A stretch of 64,000 nucleotides of DNA from an uncultured Verrucomicrobiae bacterium (GTDB lineage: Bacteria; Verrucomicrobiota; Verrucomicrobiia; Limisphaerales; Palsa-1400), in NCBI GenBank assembly GCA_963707025.1, contig CAVPOM010000006.1, positions 576,001 to 640,000 on the forward strand. Reading direction: 5' to 3'. Positions 37,841 to 47,716 of this stretch are shown in pieces (positions within the stretch are counted from its first letter, which is position 1; the number at the start of each line of letters is the position of its first letter). Below the pieces are notes generated by a model. That model made no database searches and had not been told where the DNA came from. It saw nothing but the letters and a program-made list of their open reading frames with translations. The translations under genes and the position numbers were made by a program.

Positions 37841-37918
37841 GGGAACCTCGGCAAAACGCCTGTAGCGGCGGTCTATGACCGCCGCTGTAATCGTGAGCGC
37901 GCGTTTTGCAGAGGTCCC
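37841..37918. repeat. Shorter inverted copy of the 18160 MITE-like element
   Basis: GGGAACCTCGGCAAAACGC...GCGTTTTGCAGAGGTCCC terminal inverted repeats around the same 24-nt REP. Confidence 0.8.
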
Positions 37919-37955
37919 CTCAGGTGTTGCATCTCTCCTTCCGGCGCCCGCCGCC

Positions 37956-38858
37956 TCAATCGCTTTTCAGGTTCCTCACAAAAAAATCATACAGCCGGTC
38001 CAATTCCTCCCGCTCGCGAAAGGCCGCCCCGCCGTGCCCGCCGCCGGCAACGACGTGAAAAATGACGGGCACGCCCGCTTTTTGCAGCGCCTCCGCCAAC
38101 GCCCGGCTTTGCTCCAGCGGCACCACAGGATCTTTGTCGCCGTGCATGATCAAAAACGGCGGGGCCTCCTTTGTGATGTAGCCAATGGGATTGGCGCGCG
38201 CCGCCTTCTCCGCGTTCTGCGCGATGGGGCCGCCAAGCAATCGTGATTCGGGCGAATCCGGCGCGGCATGATTGATGTCGCTCGGATACTTTGTGATCTG
38301 CGCCAAATCCGTCGGCCCGAAGCAGTCGCAGACGGCCTGGACGCGGCTGGAAACGCCCGGATTATCGCCTTGGTCAAATTCCTTCACTCCGCCGGTGGTG
38401 CCGAGCATGGCGGCCAGGTGCCCGCCGGCCGATGCGCCCCAGACGCCGATGCGATTGGGATCAATTCCATGTTCCGCCGCATGTGCCCGCAACCAGCGAA
38501 TGGCCGCTTTGCAGTCCAGCAATTGGGCGGGGAAAATGGCCTCCTGGCTGAGCCGGTAATTGATGCTGGCCAACGCGAAGCCATGAATCAGGAAGCGCAG
38601 GCCGGGCGGTTGTTCTTTGCTGCCTTCCATCCAGCCGCCGCCATGAATCCAGACAATCAGGGGCCAATTCGTTCCGCTGGCGGGAAGGTAGAGGTCCAGC
38701 TTCTGGTTCCCGGTGCCGTTGGCGACATAGGCGATATTGGTCAACATTCGGGCGCCGGGCGGCAGTTCTTGCGGCGCGTCCTGCCTGGGCGCATCGGCCG
38801 CGCGCCCGGACCACGCCAGCAAGGCGGCCAGACAGAAAGCGCCGCGAGCATTTTTCAT
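37956..38858 (-). CDS. Secreted alpha/beta hydrolase (esterase)
   Basis: IHGGGW, GASAGG, HGDKD..VP, H of GGGHG. Confidence 0.9.
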   Translation of the reverse strand: MKNARGAFCLAALLAWSGRAADAPRQDAPQELPPGARMLTNIAYVANGTGNQKLDLYLPASGTNWPLIVWIHGGGWMEGSKEQPPGLRFLIHGFALASINYRLSQEAIFPAQLLDCKAAIRWLRAHAAEHGIDPNRIGVWGASAGGHLAAMLGTTGGVKEFDQGDNPGVSSRVQAVCDCFGPTDLAQITKYPSDINHAAPDSPESRLLGGPIAQNAEKAARANPIGYITKEAPPFLIMHGDKDPVVPLEQSRALAEALQKAGVPVIFHVVAGGGHGGAAFREREELDRLYDFFVRNLKSD

Positions 38859-38963
38859 AATTCCAATCATAAGATGCATTATTTCATGCTTTCGGTTTCT
38901 CTGCAAGTGGTCGCTGGAGTCGCCAGCGTCCTCCTATGAGAACCAGCGACGACTTGGGCAGCG

Positions 38964-39080
38964 TTTCGGGGAGCGCACGCGCCCTCGCGTGCAGTCAGCG
39001 ACGCCCTCGTCGCTGACATCGGTCATTGGGTTCAGCGAAGGCGCTGAACCCGGCACGCGAGGGCGCGCGCGCTCCCCAAA
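38964..39080. repeat. Compound palindrome: long outer stem plus two inner hairpins
   Basis: GGGGAGCGCACGCGCCCTCGCGTGC...GCACGCGAGGGCGCGCGCGCTCCCC with inner hairpins 38994-39017 and 39028-39051. Confidence 0.85.
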
Positions 39081-39109
39081 TTGGCCGCTGCCGCGGAGGG
39101 GAGCACTGC

Positions 39110-40408
39110 TCACCTCAGCCACGAGGGGATTTTTTCGGCGGCCCAAATCTCTGTCACGCGCTGCCGGCGGCGCACCAGGGCCGACTTGGCCCCGTCCACT
39201 AAAACTTCAGCGGCCAGCGGGCGGGCGTTGTAGTTGGAGGCCATGACGAAACCGTAGGCCCCGGCGCTGAGCAAGGCCAGCAGATCGCCCTCCGCCACCG
39301 CCGGCAGGAGGCGGTCCTTGCAAAAGAAATCCGCCGATTCGCAAATCGGGCCAACCACGTCGCAGGAAACCAGCCGGCCGCGGCGTTGGTTGACCGGAAC
39401 AATTTCGTGGTAGGCATCGTAGAAGGCCGGCCGGATGAGGTCGTTCATGGCCGCGTCCACGATGATGAAGTTCTTCCGGCCGGTCTTCTTCACGTATTCG
39501 ACCCGGGTGACCAGGATGCCGGCGTTGCCGGTGATGAAGCGTCCCGGCTCGATCAAGATTTTCAAATCCAGCGGCTGGAGCAGGGGTAGCAGGCTCGCGG
39601 CGTAAAGGGCCGGGGTCAGAATATCCTTGGCGCCAGGCCCCGACCACCACCCCGGCGCGCCGCTGGCCAGGGCCGGGTCATAGACAATGCCCAGCCCGCC
39701 CCCGATGCTGAAAAACTCCAAAGCATGCCGGGCGGCCAGGATGGCGACCAGCGGCAGCACTTTCCTGACCGCCTTGGCGAAGGGCTGGACCTGGGTCAAT
39801 TGCGAGCCGATGTGCATCTGCACCCCGCGCCAGCGCAGGTTTCTCAACCGGGCGCCGCGGGCATATACTGCCTCCACCTCCTCCAGCGCGATGCCGAATT
39901 TATTTTCGTAAGTGCCCGTCGTGATTTTGGCGTGGGTGTGGGCGTCCACGTTGGGATTGACGCGCACGGCGACCGGGGCGATTTTTTTCAACTTGGCGGC
40001 GATGCGGTTGAGGCGGGCCAGTTCCGGCTCGCTTTCGGCGTTGAAACAATAAATTCCCTGGCGCAAGGCGAACTGGATTTCCTCCTCCCGCTTGCCCACG
40101 CCGGCGAAAACGCAGGCGCGCGGGTCGCCGCCGGCGGCCAGGACGCGCCGCAATTCGCCCTCGCTGACGATGTTGAAGCCGCTGCCCAGATTGGCCAGGG
40201 TGCGCAGGACGGCCAGATTGGAATTGGCTTTCATGGCAAAGCAGATGCGGTGGTCCAGCGGGCGCAGCGCGGCGTCCAGGCGGGTAAAATGATCCGTCAG
40301 CGTCCGGCGGGAATAGATATACAGCGGCGTGCCGTATTTGCCGGCCAGCGCGCCCACCGGGACTCCTTCGCAAAAGAGCCGGCCATTCCGGTAACGAAAT
40401 GAATGCAT
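39110..40408 (-). CDS. lysA: Diaminopimelate decarboxylase
   Basis: GTPLYIYS, FAMKAN, HIGSQ, GGGLG, EPGR, GPICESAD, GAYG..MASNYN. Confidence 0.96.
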   Translation of the reverse strand: MHSFRYRNGRLFCEGVPVGALAGKYGTPLYIYSRRTLTDHFTRLDAALRPLDHRICFAMKANSNLAVLRTLANLGSGFNIVSEGELRRVLAAGGDPRACVFAGVGKREEEIQFALRQGIYCFNAESEPELARLNRIAAKLKKIAPVAVRVNPNVDAHTHAKITTGTYENKFGIALEEVEAVYARGARLRNLRWRGVQMHIGSQLTQVQPFAKAVRKVLPLVAILAARHALEFFSIGGGLGIVYDPALASGAPGWWSGPGAKDILTPALYAASLLPLLQPLDLKILIEPGRFITGNAGILVTRVEYVKKTGRKNFIIVDAAMNDLIRPAFYDAYHEIVPVNQRRGRLVSCDVVGPICESADFFCKDRLLPAVAEGDLLALLSAGAYGFVMASNYNARPLAAEVLVDGAKSALVRRRQRVTEIWAAEKIPSWLR

Positions 40409-40941
40409 TCCTTTTGGTTAAGGCTTAACGTCCAAATGATAAAGCGCAAAATTGTAATGCGTCAGAAGCTGTGAAAAAATTGAAAACGACCCAAATTCAT
40501 TTTCTTCTCCACCTGGGCTTGACAAAAATTAGAACCTATGGTTGAATTGTCAGCGTGAGACACGTAGGCACAGTCCAAGGCCGCATCCGGGAGGATGCGC
40601 CCAGCGCAGGCCCGGCGGCCGCGGAGATTGATCCGGCAAGTTGACCTTGCCATTTTTTATGCTCGCAGCATCGAAAAATCGCATGTTTCCGCGGCTTCCG
40701 CGCCTCTTTGCCAAAAATCAATGGAACTGCCTTCCCATGAACCGTTTACGCTCCAAACTGGAGCTGTTTCCAAGCAAACCCACAAGCCAAATCAAGCCTA
40801 ATCAAGGTAATTTTCTGAAACTGCCATGCCCAGCACTCCATCACTCCATCCGCAGTTCCGGTCCGGCTTTTGCGGGTTTTTCGCGGATGCTTCCCATTTA
40901 TCATTTAGCATTTATCCTTTATCATTTTCCCCTGTGATGCC

Positions 40942-42714
40942 ATGAACCGCAAACAGATATTGGGCGCGGCCGCCCTTTTGGCGGCCATCACCGTGCTGGT
41001 GTATTGCCCGGCGATGCGGGCGGGCTTCATTTGGGATGACGGCGACATGGTGACCAACAATCCGCTGCTCAAATCCGCCCGCGGTCTGCAGGATATTTGG
41101 CTGGGGAAAAATCTGACCGATTATCATCCGCTGACCTATTCGGTTTTTTGGCTGGAATGGCGCTGTTGGGGAATGCACCCGGCCGGTTATCACGCCGTCA
41201 ATATTCTCCTGCACGCCGCCAGCGTGATTTTGCTTTGGCTGGTGTTGCGAAAATTGCGGATTCCGGGAAGCTGGCTGGCGGCGCTTTTGTTTGGGGTGCA
41301 TCCGGTTTGTGTGGCGTCGGTGGCGTGGATCGCCGAGTTGAAAAACACGCTGGCCATGGTGTTTTATTTGGCCGCCCTGTGGTGCTGGTTGCGCTCTGAA
41401 GAAGGGACGGAAGGGAACCGGCGATACTCCGCGCTGGCGCTGGTGGCTTTTCTTCTGGCCTTGCTGGCCAAAGTGTCGGTGGTGGTTCTTCCCGTGGTGC
41501 TGCTCCTCCTGGCCTGGTGGCAGCGCGGGAGGATTTCGCGGCGGGATTGGGAGCGGGCGGCGCCGTTTTTTCTTCTGGCGGTGGCGCTCGGATTGTTCGG
41601 GATGACCTTCCAGAACAAATACACCGCGCTCAATGATCCGTTGCCGGTGCGGTTGCTCGGGGGGGGTTGGGCCGTCTGGTTTTATTTATGGAAAATCTTC
41701 TGGCCCGTCCATCTGACCATTATTTATCCGCGCTGGAACATCCAGGCGGCGTCGCCGGCCGCGTGGATTCCGGGGCTTTGCTTTGCGGCCATGCTCTTTG
41801 TCTTTTGGCGCAAGCGGGCCGGCTGGGGCAGGCCGCTGTTGTTTGCGACGGGCTATTTCGTCATCGCGCTCGCGCCGGTGCTGGGGCCGTTCAAGCTGGT
41901 GTATCTGTATTTTTCCCAGGTCGCCGATCATCTGCAATACCTGGCCATGCCCGCCATCATCGCGCTGGCCACCGCCGCCGGATGCCAATGGTTCGGACTG
42001 AGCAGGTGGACGCGGCGCGCACTGGCCGCGGCGGTGGCGGCGGTGCTGGCGGTTTTGACGTGGCAGAACCAAAGCCGCTTCGCCGACATGTCCAGCATGT
42101 GGCGGGATAATCTGGCCAACAATCCCAATTCCTTTCAGGCCTTGCTTTTTGTGGGGGCCGAAGAGGAGAGCCGGGGCCGCTACGAACAGGCCGGCGATTT
42201 ATTCCGGCGGGCGCTGGCGCTGCGCCCGCAATCCCCGGAGGCGAATTTGAACCTTGGAATTGTACTTGACGACCAGGGCCGGACGGAGGAGGCCATGGCC
42301 CAGGCGGAAAAGGCGCTGCGGATCAAGCCCGGCGATGCGGATGCGCATGTTCTAATGGCGTGGTTGCTGGAGAAGAAGGGCTTGCCGGACGAAGCGGCCC
42401 GACATTTGCGCGAGGCCGTCCGGGTGGCGCCGGACAATGTTGCGGCCCATCAAAACCTGGGGAATCTGCTTGTCAAACAAGGGCGCTTGGATGAAGCGGT
42501 GCAACAATTTGGCGAGGCCCTGAACCTGAAATTAGATGATCCCGCGCTTTTTGTGGCCCTGGGCAACGCGCAGGGGAGAAGAGGGGATCTGGAGGCCGCA
42601 GGCAAGTGTTTCCAGAAGGCGCTGAGCCTGGACCCCAACAGCGCCGGCGCGCAGAAAGGTCTGGCCGCCGTGCGTCAAATGCAGGGCGCCACCAATGCGA
42701 CCCCGCGCCCATAG
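40942..42714 (+). CDS. Second TMTC-like GT-C glycosyltransferase with TPR repeats
   Basis: FIWDD, YHPLT, HP..V.SVAWI.E.KN, ADH..Y; C-terminal TPRs. Confidence 0.8.
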   Translation: MNRKQILGAAALLAAITVLVYCPAMRAGFIWDDGDMVTNNPLLKSARGLQDIWLGKNLTDYHPLTYSVFWLEWRCWGMHPAGYHAVNILLHAASVILLWLVLRKLRIPGSWLAALLFGVHPVCVASVAWIAELKNTLAMVFYLAALWCWLRSEEGTEGNRRYSALALVAFLLALLAKVSVVVLPVVLLLLAWWQRGRISRRDWERAAPFFLLAVALGLFGMTFQNKYTALNDPLPVRLLGGGWAVWFYLWKIFWPVHLTIIYPRWNIQAASPAAWIPGLCFAAMLFVFWRKRAGWGRPLLFATGYFVIALAPVLGPFKLVYLYFSQVADHLQYLAMPAIIALATAAGCQWFGLSRWTRRALAAAVAAVLAVLTWQNQSRFADMSSMWRDNLANNPNSFQALLFVGAEEESRGRYEQAGDLFRRALALRPQSPEANLNLGIVLDDQGRTEEAMAQAEKALRIKPGDADAHVLMAWLLEKKGLPDEAARHLREAVRVAPDNVAAHQNLGNLLVKQGRLDEAVQQFGEALNLKLDDPALFVALGNAQGRRGDLEAAGKCFQKALSLDPNSAGAQKGLAAVRQMQGATNATPRP

Positions 42715-42719
42715 CGGGC

Positions 42720-42782
42720 TTTGCAGTGTGCCGAGGCGTCGGCACCACTTTCAAAAGCGGGAGCAAGCTCCTGCACTCCAAA
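42720..42782. repeat. Short intergenic palindromic repeat between convergent genes
   Basis: TTTGCAGTGTG...TGCACTCCAAA arms with internal hairpins. Confidence 0.5.
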
Positions 42783-42793
42783 TTTCGAAGTTT

Positions 42794-44296
42794 TTATTTT
42801 GGCGCAGCCAAACGCGCCTCCTGCTGCACCTTGGAGTGGCGCCGGCCGTAGCAGAAGTAGATCGCCAACCCGATGGCCATCCAGACAATCAACCGCGCCC
42901 AGGTGTCGTGCGGCAGATTGTACATCAGTATAAAACAAGCACCGGCGCCAAGAGGCGAAACCAGCCAAAAGAGTGGCGTCCGGAAGGGCCGCTGGATGTC
43001 GGGGTGGGTGAAACGCAGAACAAAGATGCCGATGCAGACAATCGCAAAAGCCAGCAAGGTGCCGATGGAAACCAGTTCGCCCAACAGCCCGATGGGGAAG
43101 AGTCCCGCGATCAACATGGCGAGGAACCCGGTTAGGATGGTCGCGAGCCACGGGGTCCGAAACTTGGGATGGACGGCGCTGAACTTCTGCGGCAGCAGAC
43201 CATCTTTGGACATGCTGTAAAAAATGCGCGGCTGGCCCAGCATCATGACCAGGATGACCGAGGAAAGCCCGGCGATGGCCCCCACTTTGATAATGGGCCG
43301 CAACCAGGCCACCCCGGTACCGAGGGAATTAATCGCCACCGCCATCGGGTCGGGAACATTCAACTGCGTGTATTTAATGATTCCGGTCAGGACCAGTGCG
43401 ACAATTATGTAAAGAATGGTGCAGATCCCCAGCGAAGCCAGAATTCCAATGGGCATGTCCCGCTGGGGATTCTTGGCCTCCTGCGCTGCCGTCGAGACCG
43501 CGTCAAACCCGATGTAAGCAAAGAAGATTACGCCAGCCCCGCGCAGCACTCCGGACCAGCCAAATTCGCCGGCGCCTGTCGCCGGAGGGACGAAAGGATG
43601 CCAGTTGCCGGCATTGAGGTAGCACACGCCCACGGCAATGAAGGCAACGATGACCGTCAGCTTGATGGCCACGATGATGTTGTTGAACGTGGCCGATTCT
43701 TTGATGCCGATCACCAGCAGCACCGTGATGATCGCCACGATGCACATGGCCGGCACATTCAGCACCGCCTCGCTGCTGGTCCGGGTCCAACCATGGGCGA
43801 AAAGCTGCCAGATATTCCACCCGGCGCCGGCCTGCGCAACATGGTCATAGGGTGCTTTGGTGAACGCCGCGGGAATATTGATCCCAAGATCTTTCAGAAA
43901 CGAAACCACATAGCCGGACCACCCCACCGCCACGGTGGAGGCGGCAAACAGGTATTCCAGGATCAAGTCCCACCCGATAATCCAGGCGACAAACTCCCCC
44001 AGCGTGGCATAACTGTAAGTATAGGCCGAGCCGGAAACCGGAATCATGGAGGAAAACTCCGCATAGCACAGTCCCGCCAGCCCGCAGGCGAACCCTGCCA
44101 AAATGAACGAGAAGACAATGGCCGGTCCGGCGTACTTGGCCGCAGCCTGGCCGGTCAGGACAAAAATGCCCGCCCCGATCACCGCGCCAATTCCCAGGGT
44201 GGTGAGATTCAGCGGACCAAGCGCGCGGCGCAGGCTGTGATCCTGAAGCACCTCCGCCTGGAGGTCGCTCATCTTTCGACGGAGGAACAAATTCAT
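42794..44296 (-). CDS. APC-family amino acid permease
   Basis: G.VIGAGIF..TG, CYAEF, GSAYTY, FFAYIGFD...AQE..NPQR. Confidence 0.93.
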   Translation of the reverse strand: MNLFLRRKMSDLQAEVLQDHSLRRALGPLNLTTLGIGAVIGAGIFVLTGQAAAKYAGPAIVFSFILAGFACGLAGLCYAEFSSMIPVSGSAYTYSYATLGEFVAWIIGWDLILEYLFAASTVAVGWSGYVVSFLKDLGINIPAAFTKAPYDHVAQAGAGWNIWQLFAHGWTRTSSEAVLNVPAMCIVAIITVLLVIGIKESATFNNIIVAIKLTVIVAFIAVGVCYLNAGNWHPFVPPATGAGEFGWSGVLRGAGVIFFAYIGFDAVSTAAQEAKNPQRDMPIGILASLGICTILYIIVALVLTGIIKYTQLNVPDPMAVAINSLGTGVAWLRPIIKVGAIAGLSSVILVMMLGQPRIFYSMSKDGLLPQKFSAVHPKFRTPWLATILTGFLAMLIAGLFPIGLLGELVSIGTLLAFAIVCIGIFVLRFTHPDIQRPFRTPLFWLVSPLGAGACFILMYNLPHDTWARLIVWMAIGLAIYFCYGRRHSKVQQEARLAAPK

Positions 44297-44501
44297 GAAT
44301 AGTGATTTTGGGCAATTCGATTGCTGGCGCTCGTCAATAGTTGAGCCGCGCAACGAAGTCAAGGAAATGCTGAAAATGACACTGTTTATCTCCCGCCTCG
44401 GCCGTGCCGGGCCCGGTCCTCGCCGCCGTCAAACGGAAACGGGATTGAAAAGGGGCGCCGGATTCTTTAGCGTGCGGCCTGTTGGCCCGGATAACGGCAA
44501 A

Positions 44502-45695
44502 ATGAAGCGCAAAAATTTTATGATGAGACAACCAATTTTGACCGGCCAATGGCTGCGCGGCTTGAGTCTGCCGCTGGCGGCGGCGTGCGGTTTGTTTGTG
44601 GCGGCGGGCTTGACGGGCTGCCATAAATCAGGCGGGGGTGATGTCATCAAAGTGGGCGAATACGCCTCGCTCACGGGCAAGGAGGCCTCCTTCGGCCAGA
44701 TGTCGCATCACGGCACCGAACTGGCCATTGACGAGGTCAACGCCCGGGGCGGCGTGCTCGGGAAGAAACTACAGTTGTTGACGGAGGACAACCAATCCAA
44801 ACAGGGCGAGTCCAAAACGTGCGCGGACAAGTTGATCGCGCGCGACGGGGTGATTGCCCTGCTGGGAGAGGCCTCGTCGGGCCGTTCCTTGGAAGCGGCC
44901 CCCATCTGCCAGCAGGAGAAGATTCCCATGATCGCGCCCTCGTCGGTTGACCCGAAGGTGACCGAGACGGGCGATTATATTTTCCGGGTTTGTTTCGTCA
45001 GTTCCTTTCAGGCCCGGGTGATGGCGAAGTTCGCGCTCCAAACCTTGAAATTGAAGAATGTGGCCGTGCTGACCGATGTGGGGCTGCCTTACAGCGTGGG
45101 CCTGGCCGATCCCTTCAAACCGGCCTTTGTGGCGGGCGGCGGAAAAATCGTCGCGGAACAAAATTACACCAGCGGCGGCACGGATTTTCGGGCGCAATTG
45201 ACGGCGATCAAGGCGGCCAGGCCGGATGGCATTTTCGTCCCCGGTTACTATACCGAGGCGGGGCTGATTTGCCGGCAGGCCAGGGAGCTGGGCATCAACG
45301 CGCCCATCTTCGGCGGAGACGGGTGGGAATCCATGAAGCTGGTGGAGATCGGCGGGCCGGCAGTGGAAGGGACGTATTTCTCGACGCATTTTTCGCCCGG
45401 GCAAAAGACCCCGGCGGTGCAGGAATTTGCCAAAAAATTCGTTGCGAAATACGGAGTGGACCCGGATGCCATGGCGGCGCTGGGTTACGATTCGGCCATG
45501 CTGCTGGCCGACGCCCTGAAGCGCGCCGGCACGACGGACGGGCCGAAGCTGCGCGAGGCGCTGGCGGCGACAAAGGATTTTCCGGGGATCACCGGGAGCA
45601 TTACGATTGACAAAGACCGCAATGCGAGCAAGCCGGCGGTCATTTTGAAGGTGACGGGCGGCAAGTTTGAGTATCTGGAAACGATCAATCCATAA
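44502..45695 (+). CDS. Branched-chain amino acid ABC transporter substrate-binding lipoprotein (LivJ/K family)
   Basis: Lipobox LTGC; LA..E.NA.GG..G, FRVCF, DF.AQLT.IK, GGDGW. Confidence 0.9.
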   Translation: MKRKNFMMRQPILTGQWLRGLSLPLAAACGLFVAAGLTGCHKSGGGDVIKVGEYASLTGKEASFGQMSHHGTELAIDEVNARGGVLGKKLQLLTEDNQSKQGESKTCADKLIARDGVIALLGEASSGRSLEAAPICQQEKIPMIAPSSVDPKVTETGDYIFRVCFVSSFQARVMAKFALQTLKLKNVAVLTDVGLPYSVGLADPFKPAFVAGGGKIVAEQNYTSGGTDFRAQLTAIKAARPDGIFVPGYYTEAGLICRQARELGINAPIFGGDGWESMKLVEIGGPAVEGTYFSTHFSPGQKTPAVQEFAKKFVAKYGVDPDAMAALGYDSAMLLADALKRAGTTDGPKLREALAATKDFPGITGSITIDKDRNASKPAVILKVTGGKFEYLETINP

Positions 45696-45740
45696 AGGCG
45701 CGGCCCTTGACAGAATTTCCTCCACAACTCATCCACGATG

Positions 45741-45768
45741 CGGCGGCCAGCGGACTGGCCGCCCTACC
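45741..45768. repeat. Single GTAG-type REP
   Basis: Reverse complement GGTAGGGCGGCCAGTCCGCTGGCCGCCG, located between binding-protein and permease genes. Confidence 0.6.
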
Positions 45769-45777
45769 GTCCTCGTT

Positions 45778-46719
45778 TTGACCGAATACCTCCAACAACT
45801 GATCAACGGCCTGTCGCTGGGGGCGGTCTATGCCTTGCTCGCCCTGGGCTACACGATGGTGTACGGGATTCTGCGCTTCATCAATTTTGCCCACTGCGAT
45901 GTTTTCATGGTGGGCGCGTTTGTCGGCTATTATGCGGTGACGCCCTGCACCATCCGTGTGGCCCAAATCGGGCTGTCGCTTCCGGTCAATCTGCATATCG
46001 GGACCCATTCCATCGCCGGCGGCCTGCTGGCGCTGCTGATCTCGATGGCCTTTTGCGCGTTGCTCGGAATCCTCATCGAACGCCTGGCTTACCGGCCGTT
46101 GCGCCAGCGCTCCAAGTTGACCGTCCTGATCACGGCCATCGGCGTCTCGCTGCTGTTGGAGAGCCTGGGGCAGTTGATCTTCAAGGCCGACCCGAAGCCG
46201 TTCCCCGAACTGTTTCCGGTGCGGGAATTTTCCGGGGCCGGACTCAATGTCTCCAGCAACCAACTGCTGGTCATCGGGGCGCTGGTGGTTTTATTGCTCG
46301 GATTGCAATTCATCGTGCTGAAAACGAAAATGGGGACGGCCATGCGGGCGGTGTCCTTCAATCCTGTCGCCGCGTCGCTGGTGGGGATCAACAATGACCG
46401 GGTGATTTCCTTCACCTTCGGCCTTGGCTCGGCGCTGGCGGCGGCGGGCGGCATTCTTTACGCGATGAATTATCCGTCCATTCAACCTTACATGGGGATT
46501 TTGCCCGGGTTGAAGGCCTTTGTGGCGGCGGTGCTGGGAGGCATCGGCAACATTCCCGGCGCGGCCTTGGGCGGAGTGCTCCTGGGTTTGATTGAGACGC
46601 TTGTCAACGGCAGCCATTATTCCACTTACACCGATGCGATTGCCTTTGCGGTTTTGATTTTGATTTTGCTCTTCCGGCCGGCCGGGCTGCTGGGGAAGGT
46701 GGAAGTGGAGAAAGTTTGA
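45778..46719 (+). CDS. livH: Branched-chain amino acid ABC permease
   Basis: QQLINGLSLGAVYALLALGYTMVYG...INFAH, KAFVAAVLGGIG. Confidence 0.92.
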   Translation: MTEYLQQLINGLSLGAVYALLALGYTMVYGILRFINFAHCDVFMVGAFVGYYAVTPCTIRVAQIGLSLPVNLHIGTHSIAGGLLALLISMAFCALLGILIERLAYRPLRQRSKLTVLITAIGVSLLLESLGQLIFKADPKPFPELFPVREFSGAGLNVSSNQLLVIGALVVLLLGLQFIVLKTKMGTAMRAVSFNPVAASLVGINNDRVISFTFGLGSALAAAGGILYAMNYPSIQPYMGILPGLKAFVAAVLGGIGNIPGAALGGVLLGLIETLVNGSHYSTYTDAIAFAVLILILLFRPAGLLGKVEVEKV

Positions 46720-46724
46720 GGCGC

Positions 46725-47714
46725 ATGAACGGACCCGGCCAAAATGTCCCGCCAACGCCCGATCGGACGATTTGGCCCAAAATCATTTTGCTGGCGGCGC
46801 TGGCGGCGGCGGGAGTGCTGGGCTGTTTCTCCGGCCAACTGGGCCGCTACTACACCGGCCTTTTGACCAAGGTGGGCATCAATATCATTCTGGCGGTGAG
46901 CTTGAATCTGATCAACGGCTATACCGGGCAATTCTCGCTGGGCCATGCCGGTTTCATGGGGGTGGGCGCTTACACGGCGGCGGCGGTGACATTGTGTCTC
47001 GGGCCAAACTTCCTGCCGCCGGCGGGAGCGGCCTGGCACAATTGGGCCGCTGATGGCTTGTTTGGCGGGGCGCTGCTGGCGGGCGGCTTGGCCGCGGCGC
47101 TGGCCGGCTTGCTGGTGGGCGCGCCCTCGCTGCGCTTGAAAGGGGATTATCTGGCGATTGTCACGCTCGGATTTGGCGAGATCATCCGGGTCATCTTTTG
47201 CAACATCAAATCGCTGGGCGGCGGGCTGGGCCTCAACGGCATTCCGCGTTACACCAGCCTTTTCTGGGTCTATGCCATGGCGGTGGTTTGCACCTATGTG
47301 GTGGTGGCGATGGTCCACTCGACCTACGGCCGCGGCTTCCTGGCCGTGCATGACGACGAGGTCGCGGCGGAGGCGATGGGGTTGAACACCACCCGCTACA
47401 AGATCGTGGCCTTTGTCGTCGGCGCATTTTTCGCCGGAATCGCGGGCGGACTTTACGGACATGACATCAGGGCCATTGATCCCAATGGATTCGGGTTCAT
47501 GCACTCCATTGACATTGTGGTGATGGTGATTCTGGGCGGCATGGGCAACACCCCGGGGGTGATCGCGGCGGCAATTGTCCTGACGCTTCTGCCGGAATGG
47601 CTGCGCCCGGTGGCGGAGTATCGGATGGTGATTTATTCCTTCCTGTTGATCGTGCTCATGCTCACCCGCCCGCAAGGCCTGTTCACCTGGCGGCGAAATT
47701 GGAAGCAGGTCTGA
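46725..47714 (+). CDS. livM: Branched-chain amino acid ABC permease
   Basis: G.FSLGHAGF, LRLKGDYLAIVTLGFGEI. Confidence 0.92.
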   Translation: MNGPGQNVPPTPDRTIWPKIILLAALAAAGVLGCFSGQLGRYYTGLLTKVGINIILAVSLNLINGYTGQFSLGHAGFMGVGAYTAAAVTLCLGPNFLPPAGAAWHNWAADGLFGGALLAGGLAAALAGLLVGAPSLRLKGDYLAIVTLGFGEIIRVIFCNIKSLGGGLGLNGIPRYTSLFWVYAMAVVCTYVVVAMVHSTYGRGFLAVHDDEVAAEAMGLNTTRYKIVAFVVGAFFAGIAGGLYGHDIRAIDPNGFGFMHSIDIVVMVILGGMGNTPGVIAAAIVLTLLPEWLRPVAEYRMVIYSFLLIVLMLTRPQGLFTWRRNWKQV

Positions 47715-47716
47715 TC

